DNA of 48,097 nucleotides. Source: a virus. Taxonomy: Duplodnaviria; Caudoviricetes. Positions 17,210 through 25,208 of the stretch are shown in pieces. The stretch's first letter is position 1; each line of letters starts with the position of its first letter. The DNA lies in the IMG/VR virus record IMGVR_UViG_3300025723_000004, positions 1 to 48,097 of that record; one strand, 5' to 3'. A program made the position numbers and the translations under genes. The notes under the pieces are model-generated. The model had not been told where the DNA came from and made no database searches. It worked only from the letters and a program-made list of their open reading frames with translations.

Positions 17210-17413
17210 ATGCGTTCAGATGATTTGCTTTTAATAGCTGCGTTGGCTTTAGTAGCCAATGCGATTGTGCTTTATTTCATTATTAACTCCGCCACTGCTT
17301 CAAAGAAAAAAGTGAAAATAATGGAGGCGCAATTACTTTTGCTTGCTGAAATGGCCAAAAAGCAAGGCGTTGAGGTGGACGAAATCACCAAAATTATTAA
17401 CCGAGCCAAATAA
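17210..17413 (+). CDS. Small membrane protein (candidate superinfection exclusion)
   Basis: One N-terminal TM helix; lies in the lysogeny operon; function inferred from position only. Confidence 0.55.
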   Translation: MRSDDLLLIAALALVANAIVLYFIINSATASKKKVKIMEAQLLLLAEMAKKQGVEVDEITKIINRAK

Positions 17414-17685
17414 TGCACATTCTCATTGAAAAGCCGCCAAATAACTTGATAAGAGGCACTGTTCACTATGATAATTTTCAATTCATGATTGATAATTATT
17501 TGGCAAAAGTAAAATATCAAGTCATGTGGAACCTGCGAAGCATTGAGAAGGAAATAGAAAAAGAGGGCGGCACAATAATTATTAGAAAATTTGGTAAAGT
17601 AGACTTAACAGGCTTTTCCCCGGCACTTAGCCAACAAATATTAGCACTTATCGCAGAAGGCATCAAACAGGGCCACTGGGGCTAA
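17413..17685 (+). CDS. Hypothetical protein
   Basis: TAATG coupling with the upstream gene. Confidence 0.6.
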   Translation: MHILIEKPPNNLIRGTVHYDNFQFMIDNYLAKVKYQVMWNLRSIEKEIEKEGGTIIIRKFGKVDLTGFSPALSQQILALIAEGIKQGHWG

Positions 17686-17697
17686 ATCAACACAATT

Positions 17698-17946
17698 TTG
17701 GACACTACCACCACAGACGGGCGCATGCTGCAACTTATAGAGATGCTACAGGCCAAAGGCATTATCCGCTTTGAAAAAGAGTTTACGGATGCCATCGGCA
17801 TGCAAAAACAGGTATTGCCAGCCATCAAACGGGGTGCACAGTCTTTTCGTGTCCACCATATCCAAAAAGCCTGTGAGCTGTATAAAGTAAACGCCAACTG
17901 GATATTTGGTTTACAAAACACGCCTTTTAGGGCAAAAACCACTTAA
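17698..17946 (+). CDS. HTH-like DNA-binding protein
   Basis: EFTDAIGMQKQVLPAIKRG...ACELYKVNANWIFG resembles an XRE fold. Confidence 0.6.
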   Translation: MDTTTTDGRMLQLIEMLQAKGIIRFEKEFTDAIGMQKQVLPAIKRGAQSFRVHHIQKACELYKVNANWIFGLQNTPFRAKTT

Positions 17947-17949
17947 GCC

Positions 17950-19524
17950 ATGGATGCCATCGGCTACGCCCGCCTTTCCGACAAAAACGAGTCTTCCAAC
18001 TCCATCAAATCGCAGGTGAAGCGCATTGAGGAATATTGCGCCGCCAATAAACTCACTTTGCTAAAAACTTTCATTGATGATGGCCGCAGCGGATGGACAT
18101 TTGACCGCCCGGGCTTTAAAGAGCTGGAACAGTTTTGCAAAAAGAATAAGGCCGTGCAGTACTTGGTTATTCCCCATTTTGACCGATTCAGCCGCACGGA
18201 CCCAATTGATGCCATGGTAAAGGAGCGGTATTTCCGCGACACGCTCAACGTGAAAGTGTTGCAGGTGAGTGAGCCGGTGGATATTGACGTGAATAACCCC
18301 ACCTACCTGATTGTAAGGTTTATGCAGGCTTTTGCCAGCAATGAGGAAAGAAACAGGATAGTAGATAGGACCATTACCGGTATGCGCTACAGCTTATCAC
18401 AGGGCCGGTATTGTTCTAATGCGCCGTTTGGGTATAAAAATAGCCGGGATGAAATGGGCAAGCCTTTGCTTATCGTCGACGAAGAACGCGCCCCGGTGAT
18501 ACGGTTTATTTTTAACCAGTACTTAAAAGGGGAGGGGCTGGAAGAAATTGGCCGCCTGGCAAAAGCCAAAGGTTTTACACGCAGCGGTAATTCAGCCATC
18601 ACCCGGATATTACAAAACCCGATATATGCAGGGCTGGTAAATGTACCGGCCTATAAAAACCAGCCTGCACGGGTGGTAAAAGGCTTGCATGTACCCATTG
18701 TTTCAGAAAATGATTATTATATGGCCATGGACAAACTGAGCGGTAAGAATTTCCGCCACCAAAATAATGAGGCAGTACCCTTGCGGGGGGTGGTTAAGTG
18801 CCATTGCGGTAAGCTGTTGACGGCGGCCCCCAGCAAGAGCAAGACGGGCAAGTATTATTGGTATTACTTCTGCAACGACCACCGCAAGGCTAATTTTAGT
18901 GCCAACAAAATGCACGGGCAGTTATTGGCCATACTGGATGAATTGACGATGGATAAAGAGAGTGCGGAACGGATTGCAGCGGCCTCCCGGGCTGCCATTA
19001 ACGAGCAAATTAATACCAGCACTAAACAGCTTATGAAATTGGATTTGGCCATTCAAAAAGCTGGACATGCCATCAGCGCCATTGAAGAAAAGTATCTATT
19101 GCAACCCGATATTAGTCAAGCCACGTATAATAAGGTGATAAAGGAAAAGCGCATACAGTTGAACGAATTACAGGCCCAGCGGGCGGCTTTCAGCACGGAT
19201 GCATATGTTTTATTGGAGCAGCTCAATATCGCCTTATCCACGCTTACCAGCCTGCGCCAGCGGTACGAACAACTGGACGTGCTGCACAAACAAATTTTTT
19301 TTAAACAAGGGTTCGGTTCAAACATGACCTATACAGACGGGATATATCGAACTCCATTTATTAACCCCATTTTTAACGCTAACGCATTGGTACTAAAAGA
19401 AAAAGGGCTGCTCATTATAGAGCAACCCTCTGAAAATATCGCATTGGATAATGAATGTGCCGCTGGCGGGACTTCTACCGAACTGGCGGCGTTGTTTGCG
19501 CTGGCGAAACTATTTGTGGCGTGA
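17950..19524 (+). CDS. Large serine recombinase (integrase)
   Basis: GYARLS catalytic Ser, DDGRSG..FDRPG, DRFSR, APFGY, LQNPIYAG, zinc ribbon KCHCG...YYFC..H, coiled coil. Confidence 0.93.
   Translation: MDAIGYARLSDKNESSNSIKSQVKRIEEYCAANKLTLLKTFIDDGRSGWTFDRPGFKELEQFCKKNKAVQYLVIPHFDRFSRTDPIDAMVKERYFRDTLNVKVLQVSEPVDIDVNNPTYLIVRFMQAFASNEERNRIVDRTITGMRYSLSQGRYCSNAPFGYKNSRDEMGKPLLIVDEERAPVIRFIFNQYLKGEGLEEIGRLAKAKGFTRSGNSAITRILQNPIYAGLVNVPAYKNQPARVVKGLHVPIVSENDYYMAMDKLSGKNFRHQNNEAVPLRGVVKCHCGKLLTAAPSKSKTGKYYWYYFCNDHRKANFSANKMHGQLLAILDELTMDKESAERIAAASRAAINEQINTSTKQLMKLDLAIQKAGHAISAIEEKYLLQPDISQATYNKVIKEKRIQLNELQAQRAAFSTDAYVLLEQLNIALSTLTSLRQRYEQLDVLHKQIFFKQGFGSNMTYTDGIYRTPFINPIFNANALVLKEKGLLIIEQPSENIALDNECAAGGTSTELAALFALAKLFVA
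19458..19474 (-). other. Putative attP core resembling a tRNA 3' end
   Basis: Minus strand AAGT-CCCGC-CAGCGGC-A = part of T loop, T-stem 3' arm, acceptor 3' arm and discriminator. Confidence 0.5.
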
Positions 19525-19534
19525 GTGCTAAAGC

Positions 19535-19882
19535 TTAATTTTCAATATTTGGCCTGAAATTTTTACGGTTTTTTAAAGCCAAAGCCTCCTGAATGCTCAT
19601 ATCTTTTTCTTGTGTTGCGCTCCAGTTGTCCCGCATCATACGGGCAAATTCATGGCCGCTTTCAAAAGGCACAAGCATCGGGAATAAATACAGGGCTTCG
19701 CACATTTGCAGGTACTGTTTTAGCACCGGCCAAAATAACCCGCGCTCAAAAGCGTTTATTGTTTTCCTTGCCAATCCCGTGCGGTCGGCAACATCTTGCT
19801 GTGTAAGCTTAAGTTCTAACCTGCGTTGTTTAAAAAAACCCGCTATATGTAAGCGGGCCTCTTCTAAAACTTGTTCGTTCAT
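19535..19882 (-). CDS. XRE-family HTH regulator
   Basis: RRLELKLTQQDVADRTGLARKTINAFERG. Confidence 0.85.
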   Translation of the reverse strand: MNEQVLEEARLHIAGFFKQRRLELKLTQQDVADRTGLARKTINAFERGLFWPVLKQYLQMCEALYLFPMLVPFESGHEFARMMRDNWSATQEKDMSIQEALALKNRKNFRPNIEN

Positions 19883-19883
19883 A

Positions 19884-20342
19884 TTAATTATTTTTTAAAG
19901 ACAAAAACAATTTTCTAAGCTTGTCAAAAGCAACCCACGATGCAGCTTTAAATGGTTCGTTTTTTTCAAATTGGGCTTTTATTTCAGCTTCTTGAACGTT
20001 TTTTTCTTTTACCCAAGCTGCATAAGCCTTGCCCCTTTTTACCTTCCAAGTTTTCGGTATATAATCAAAAGATTTTTCTGTAATAAAACTATTGTTCAGC
20101 TCAATTTCTTTTTGCAAAGTTTCAATTTGCATCAACATTTCTTGCGTTAAGTTAACTTCATATACACCAAAAAAACGGTCGCTATCGGAGCATGTGGCAG
20201 ATTTCCAATAATCAACATTGGTAGGGTAATTTCTTGCAGCGGGGTATATTTTGCATCCAAAATAATTGCCATTGTGTAATAAAAAAACTGAAGGTTGGTT
20301 AAGGTAGTACTCTGTGCTGATGATAACGTGTGCTTGTGTCAT
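19884..20342 (-). CDS. Hypothetical protein, AT-rich, co-transcribed with the XRE gene
   Basis: Likely ATG at 20342; stop 1 nt before the XRE start. Confidence 0.6.
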   Translation of the reverse strand: MTQAHVIISTEYYLNQPSVFLLHNGNYFGCKIYPAARNYPTNVDYWKSATCSDSDRFFGVYEVNLTQEMLMQIETLQKEIELNNSFITEKSFDYIPKTWKVKRGKAYAAWVKEKNVQEAEIKAQFEKNEPFKAASWVAFDKLRKLFLSLKNN

Positions 20343-20391
20343 TTTGTTTTCGCGGTGTTTATTGAGTTGCCCCCTCATCTGTTTTGTTACA

Positions 20392-20415
20392 CAAAGATAG
20401 TAACAAATTTGTTAC
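20392..20415 (-). promoter_or_regulatory. -7 element TATCTTTG with abutting perfect palindrome GTAACAAATTTGTTAC
   Basis: Exact TAnnTTTG at 20392..20399; 16-bp palindrome at 20400..20415. Confidence 0.65.
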
Positions 20416-20637
20416 AAAGTGCAATACTGACAAAATATTTTAAAAATATTTTTTTGGGTTGCTATTTTGGCAAAATTGATACCATGGCTAAAGCGTTGTG
20501 AATTAAATAGTTAAATAAAAAATGAGTTGTTAAATACAGCTAAATTAGCCCATGGCTTTAACGGGTGCTCAAAATGGCGTTTTTTAGGCGTGAAAATGGC
20601 TGAAACATAATAACTATAAGGAGTTTAACGGGTGCCC

Positions 20638-20666
20638 AAAAAAAAGCCACCAATTACGGCGGCTTC
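20638..20666 (-). terminator. Intrinsic terminator ending the tRNA/ncRNA unit
   Basis: AAGCCGCC-GTAATT-GGTGGCTT followed by a T run. Confidence 0.75.
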
Positions 20667-20668
20667 AA

Positions 20669-20818
20669 TTTCCTGGCCTTACTACTAATGCTTTTTACAA
20701 ACATTTTCACTCGGCCTTATGTGTAATTTGTAACCATTAAGCTTGCGGACCTTTACCGCCGAGTTATATTAATGTTCGCCACTCCTCGAACTTGTTTTGT
20801 TACGCTTAGGTTATTTCG
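20669..20818 (-). ncRNA. Candidate structured ncRNA between the tRNA and the terminator
   Basis: Nested helices GCGAACATT/AATGTTTGT and ACTCGGC/GCCGAGT; no ORF in the track. Confidence 0.4.
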
Positions 20819-20890
20819 TTGCGCAAATGGGATTTGAACCCATGACCTGTAGGTTATGAGCCTACCGAGCTACCACTGCTCTATTGCACA
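20819..20890 (-). tRNA. tRNA with CAT anticodon, initiator-like; no encoded CCA
   Basis: TGTGCAA/TTGCGCA acceptor, D stem GAGC/GCTC (A11-U24), GTAGG-CTCATAA-CCTAC, ATGGG-TTCAAAT-CCCAT. Confidence 0.92.
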
Positions 20891-20893
20891 AAG

Positions 20894-20901
20894 CAAATAT
20901 A
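20894..20901 (-). promoter_or_regulatory. -7 element TATATTTG directly upstream of the tRNA
   Basis: Exact TAnnTTTG, 3 nt before tRNA position 1. Confidence 0.65.
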
Positions 20902-20919
20902 CAAACATTTTTACAAAAC

Positions 20920-20948
20920 AAAAAAGCCACCCTTAAAAAAGGGCGGCC
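20920..20948 (-). terminator. Intrinsic terminator after the nuclease gene
   Basis: GGCCGCCCTT-TTTT-AAGGGTGGCT followed by TTTTT. Confidence 0.75.
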
Positions 20949-20972
20949 AAACCACTACATGAGAAAAACTAA

Positions 20973-21587
20973 CTATTTAAACGGGTTATACTCCAGCTTG
21001 TTTATTAAGTCGGCAACCGGCACATCTTGCACTGTGTCGCTGTTGTCATTCGGAAATATCATGCAATGGGTAATATTATGCGTTGTTAGGCTTATGACGG
21101 CCTTAAAACAATAATAAGGCACAAACGCATGGCCTATCTTTTTGCTCCAGCCATAGCCTCCGCAGATAATTAATAAACTATCCGTTTGGCTTTCTTTGCG
21201 GATAATAGTTTCCCAATGTTTCCAAATTCCCCGGTTTAAACGGGGTGTTTGTGGCAAGCAGTTGTAAAAATGAAAAGTAAGGCGTTCGCGGTCGCAATCG
21301 GCGGCCTCGTCCTCCGCATTGCATAAATGGCCTTCATCATAACCGCTGGCTGCATAATCCGCCGCCGTTGCACTGCTGTCAAGCCCATCCGTGGTAAACC
21401 GCATACCCGACCGTGAGCAATCGCCGCCGCCCTGGTACAGCTTATAGGTTACATACAATGGCTCATGCAAATGGTAACTAAAATAACTGGTGTACACCTC
21501 GTTTTTAATCACGGTGTCCACGGTTTGCGAATTGCAAATTATTGGTACTATAAGTACCCAGATTAAATGGTAAATATTTTTTTTCAT
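20973..21587 (-). CDS. DNA/RNA non-specific endonuclease (NucA/EndA-like) with signal peptide
   Basis: SGYDEGHL (DRGH-like), NCLPQTPRLNRGIW; hydrophobic N-terminus ending CNS-Q; own TAAATTTG element just upstream. Confidence 0.85.
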   Translation of the reverse strand: MKKNIYHLIWVLIVPIICNSQTVDTVIKNEVYTSYFSYHLHEPLYVTYKLYQGGGDCSRSGMRFTTDGLDSSATAADYAASGYDEGHLCNAEDEAADCDRERLTFHFYNCLPQTPRLNRGIWKHWETIIRKESQTDSLLIICGGYGWSKKIGHAFVPYYCFKAVISLTTHNITHCMIFPNDNSDTVQDVPVADLINKLEYNPFK

Positions 21588-21656
21588 GGTTCAAATTTAC
21601 TCCCCATTGGGTGTAATAATAATACGTTTACTTTTTTATATTACAACGGGTATAAT

Positions 21657-21884
21657 TTATTTTTTAGGAATTTCTTGTAGGCTGATAAGCTTGTCAATAT
21701 ACCACTTTGCTTTGCGCAAGTCTTCCACGCCGTTTTTTCTTTTCCAACGCCATAAATATTTAATAGCATTGCCAGTACACATGGCCTCTATGCCAGTTAA
21801 TTCGGTGACAGCAGATTCAATTGCGTCAATGCATTCAATATTGCCGCTGGTATAATGGGCGGGATGGTTTACGTTGTCTTTCAT
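21657..21884 (-). CDS. DUF3310 family protein (T7 gp1.7-like)
   Basis: DNVNHPAHYTSGNIECIDAI, GNAIKYLWR, EDLRKAKWY. Confidence 0.9.
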   Translation of the reverse strand: MKDNVNHPAHYTSGNIECIDAIESAVTELTGIEAMCTGNAIKYLWRWKRKNGVEDLRKAKWYIDKLISLQEIPKK

Positions 21885-21885
21885 A

Positions 21886-23022
21886 TTAAAATAAATGTGT
21901 TATTGTCGCAATACGGCCGTGTTCGGGATGGTGAACAAACGCCTCAATAGCTTTGGGAGCATGCTGGTAACCGTTACGGTGGTGCCAGCTGTCGGCCCCG
22001 CTCGCACTTCTCAACGTCTGCACCGTTACGCTCATGTGGTCCTTGCCTCTAAAATGATGCAAATGATTGGTGTAAAAATACCGGTGTTTGCATGCGCCCC
22101 AAAATTCCGCTTCGTGCGCCATGAGCAAAGGCAAATCCGCCTCTTTAGCCCCGTCGCCGTGTGATGTACCTATCAGGTTTTTGTAATACCTAAAATACTT
22201 TCGGTGCGCCGGGCTGACATTAAAGGTAATGCCCTCACAATTCCTGAACCACGCTTCTATGGTTTGCGCCAGCATAAAACCACTTACATAGTCATGGTTG
22301 GACGGGTCATATTGCACGTGCACCGGGGCCACTGTCAATAAGGTTTCTATGCACTCAATTAACAGCTTTTGGGCAATTTTAAAAGCATCAAACCACATTA
22401 ATTCGCTATCCTGAAAAGTGCCGCTGGTAGTAGTGCTTTTGGCATTGTCAACGTGCAAAATATCATTTCCTATAATCAGTAGTATTTTTTCAGCATTGAA
22501 AGAAGCCGCTTTTTGAATACAACCCTCAATGCCAGCTTTTACTCGTTCAATAGCTATTTGGTGGTTATATTCGTCTCCCGTTTCAAAAGCCCGGCAAAGT
22601 TTACCTATATGAATATCAGCGGGGGAAATTACCAGCAAGTGGGCATCTTGTATTTGTGGGTATTTTATAATGGGGTACCTGGGCGCGTATTCTTTCATTT
22701 CAGCAATAACGCTGTCTTTCAATTCCCATAGATGGATTTCTTTACCCTTTACAAATACCGAAAAATGTTTGCCTTTATGCCAATAGTGCTTAACATCTTC
22801 AACAGGTATCCCCTTTTCTTCGCATTCTTCAATAAGGGCTGGGTGGTTTTTATGCCGCTTCGTGCGGTCAAATGCTGGCAACTTGCCCTCTTGGCGTAAA
22901 AATGTTTTTTGCTTTAATACATAGCCAGCGGTAGAGTTGAACATTTTGGCGATGGCTTCACTATCCTTGTTGGGGTCTTTTAATATTTCGGCCCGTATTT
23001 GGTCTTGCAAAGTTTCTGCCAT
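21886..23022 (-). CDS. Calcineurin-like metallophosphoesterase with N-terminal HTH-like extension
   Basis: DIHIGK, GND, SNHD, SHGD, NHLHH motifs. Confidence 0.8.
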   Translation of the reverse strand: MAETLQDQIRAEILKDPNKDSEAIAKMFNSTAGYVLKQKTFLRQEGKLPAFDRTKRHKNHPALIEECEEKGIPVEDVKHYWHKGKHFSVFVKGKEIHLWELKDSVIAEMKEYAPRYPIIKYPQIQDAHLLVISPADIHIGKLCRAFETGDEYNHQIAIERVKAGIEGCIQKAASFNAEKILLIIGNDILHVDNAKSTTTSGTFQDSELMWFDAFKIAQKLLIECIETLLTVAPVHVQYDPSNHDYVSGFMLAQTIEAWFRNCEGITFNVSPAHRKYFRYYKNLIGTSHGDGAKEADLPLLMAHEAEFWGACKHRYFYTNHLHHFRGKDHMSVTVQTLRSASGADSWHHRNGYQHAPKAIEAFVHHPEHGRIATITHLF

Positions 23023-23030
23023 AACTACAT

Positions 23031-23285
23031 TTATTTAGGTTCCGTCTGTTGCCAAGTTTTACCCATAAAAAAAGTAAGCGTGTCGCTCCATTCCCTGCCC
23101 CAAAGTACATGCTCCGTTTTGTGCCGAGAAGAGTAAAGATGAATATTACACAACACCCTTGCGCCTCGGTAGCAAGTACTATATTTAATAACTGTCATGG
23201 TGGTTAAATCATCCTCTACAAGTTCACGGTCGGCGGCACACCCTAACGTTAACAGTATCAAAGCGATAAAAATATATTTAGCCAT
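23031..23285 (-). CDS. Putative lipoprotein
   Basis: MAKYIFIALILLTLG-C lipobox from ATG 23285. Confidence 0.55.
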   Translation of the reverse strand: MAKYIFIALILLTLGCAADRELVEDDLTTMTVIKYSTCYRGARVLCNIHLYSSRHKTEHVLWGREWSDTLTFFMGKTWQQTEPK

Positions 23286-23322
23286 AACTACGGTTTTTAG
23301 GTAGGTTTTGGCAAGCAATATT

Positions 23323-23508
23323 TTACGTAATCCCCAACATATCTTTAATAAAATCAACGCCTTTGTAAGGGTCTTCCGGCCCTTCTATCTTGTGAAACGT
23401 AATAAACTTTTTTATTACTATTTGCTTTGCCTCGCGCTGGCTTTCTGCTGTCACGGGCATCCAAAGTTTTTTGCCGTTCAACTCGAAAAAAACCTTGTAG
23501 TTTTTCAT
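23323..23508 (-). CDS. Hypothetical protein
   Basis: ATGA overlap with the endolysin stop; MKNYKVFFELNGKK. Confidence 0.6.
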   Translation of the reverse strand: MKNYKVFFELNGKKLWMPVTAESQREAKQIVIKKFITFHKIEGPEDPYKGVDFIKDMLGIT

Positions 23509-24314
23509 ACACCTAAGGCTTTTAAAGTGTCCGGGCCACATTTACCATCCACGGCCAGTCCCTTGCTGCCCTGAAATAGTTTAACGGCGTTTTCCGTGTG
23601 GCCTAAATAATTGCCGGTGATATACTTGGCTTCCAAAAATCCCAAGTTGCATAGCTTGGTTTGTATAAGCGTAACCGCTGCGCCAGTCATAATGGGCGTA
23701 GTGTTTTTGTAGATAACCTGCGGGGCAGGTTCAGGTGTTGCCACTGGCTCCAAACCATTACCGCTAAGTAATTCCACTACGTCATTATACAGGCTCGCAA
23801 ACCCTTTTATTTCGCCCTTGTCGGCCACGGCATTATCGTCGCCCAGTATCCATTTTTTGTTGTATTGGTCATACAACTCAGCTCCGCTGGTTACGCCCGG
23901 CGCACCTACAAACATATTTCGGTTTAGAATGTACACGGCCATGGAAGAAGCGCAATCCTCCCACGCTTTAAAAACGCAAAAGCGGCGTTTGTTTTTCATG
24001 CCATCCACAAAAACGGTAGTATAGATAACGTTTTGCGCATATTTCCATTTGCCGACGTCGGCTTGGAAATTGAAAGGGTTGGTGCCTGCCGTTACCTTGT
24101 TCAAGCGGCTGCTCTCCCAATAAGCAATAGACACATGCGCCGCAACCTGGTCAAAGTTGGTATACAGCGTTTTTGCGTGCGCAATAAAGTCGGCCTGCGG
24201 TATAGCACCCATGAACGGCTTAATCTCCGGCAGCTCATCATAAGCATTTGGTACGTCTTGGGTTAATGGGACCGTTAAAATTGTACTCATGCCATTCTGT
24301 TTTTCCTCAACCAT
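23505..24314 (-). CDS. Endolysin: glucosaminidase(GH73)-like domain plus C-terminal peptidoglycan-binding domain
   Basis: AYWES...NPFN...RRFCVF; C-terminal IQTKL..LGF...TENAVKLFQ..GLAVDGKCGPDT (PG_binding_1 pattern); next to holins. Confidence 0.78.
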   Translation of the reverse strand: MVEEKQNGMSTILTVPLTQDVPNAYDELPEIKPFMGAIPQADFIAHAKTLYTNFDQVAAHVSIAYWESSRLNKVTAGTNPFNFQADVGKWKYAQNVIYTTVFVDGMKNKRRFCVFKAWEDCASSMAVYILNRNMFVGAPGVTSGAELYDQYNKKWILGDDNAVADKGEIKGFASLYNDVVELLSGNGLEPVATPEPAPQVIYKNTTPIMTGAAVTLIQTKLCNLGFLEAKYITGNYLGHTENAVKLFQGSKGLAVDGKCGPDTLKALGV

Positions 24315-24379
24315 TGTTGGTATTGGTAAGGGGTTATAAAATCATTTTGGTAAAGCCAAGCGACTATTGTACGCATAGG

Positions 24380-24979
24380 TTAAATATTGGTGAACAATGC
24401 TTTTAAACCTCCGACTTTAAAAAAGTGAACCACTTTTAAACCTATAACGGTAATTAGTGCGCCAATGGCTGCCAGCGCGATTATGCGCCATATATTACGC
24501 CTGTGTTTCAGTTGGCCTTGTATTGTATCGTTTGCGCCCTTAGCCTCGGCTAATGCCAGCTTATAGCTGTATGCAGTGTCTGTGGCCTCTTGTAACCTAC
24601 GCTCGTCTACTAACTGCACCTTTACGCTGTCGTGTATGGTTACTTTTTTTGTTATGGTTTGCGTAACCGTGTCGTGTATGTAGTTAGTATGCTCTAAGTG
24701 AACGCCGGGCAAAAATTTATACGCCGTGTCGGTGGTGTTAATGGTGTCGTGTAACAACTGCACTACGCTATTTTTTACGCACGGGTTCAACCTTGCCCAG
24801 TCTGCGCCCACTCTATTAAAGGCAGAGGCGTTAACCTCTACCTTTTGGATGGCTTTTGATATCGGGCTGCATCCGCTAAAATGCAGCATAAAAGCTAACA
24901 GCACGGCGGCTGCAATAACCCATTTTATTATGCTTAAATAGTTGGGTTCGTTACTTGGCGGCAGGGCTGCTGTTTTCAT
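24380..24979 (-). CDS. Putative unimolecular spanin
   Basis: N-terminal hydrophobic helix ending in lipobox FSG-C and a C-terminal TM helix; between holin and endolysin. Confidence 0.6.
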   Translation of the reverse strand: MKTAALPPSNEPNYLSIIKWVIAAAVLLAFMLHFSGCSPISKAIQKVEVNASAFNRVGADWARLNPCVKNSVVQLLHDTINTTDTAYKFLPGVHLEHTNYIHDTVTQTITKKVTIHDSVKVQLVDERRLQEATDTAYSYKLALAEAKGANDTIQGQLKHRRNIWRIIALAAIGALITVIGLKVVHFFKVGGLKALFTNI

Positions 24980-25202
24980 CGCTGGTGGTTTTTTGTGCAA
25001 ATTGAGATACCGCTACAATGGTTGCGCCCACCCAAATAAACGTGCTGCCAATAGCGGCCAGCTTAGCGGGTACATTGTGGATGGTGGCAAAGGCTGTACC
25101 TAAACCGCCAATGCCCACACCAATCACTTGCAGCTTTTTAAAAAATGCAGGCACATCGCTTGTTAACCTGTTAAAAGCTTCGGGAAAAAAACCTTTTTTC
25201 AT
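24951..25202 (-). CDS. Holin (2 TM)
   Basis: PAFFKKLQ followed by two hydrophobic helices; lysis cassette position. Confidence 0.7.
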   Translation of the reverse strand: MKKGFFPEAFNRLTSDVPAFFKKLQVIGVGIGGLGTAFATIHNVPAKLAAIGSTFIWVGATIVAVSQFAQKTTSDENSSPAAK

Positions 25203-25208
25203 AATTGT

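Noticed and set aside
20557-20641. Mini CRISPR array
   Set aside because: Only two 18-bp units, not palindromic, and no cas genes; kept only as a direct repeat.
20800-20815. Pistol ribozyme suggested by CCTAAGCG
   Set aside because: No matching P1 hairpin and pseudoknot partner in the required position.
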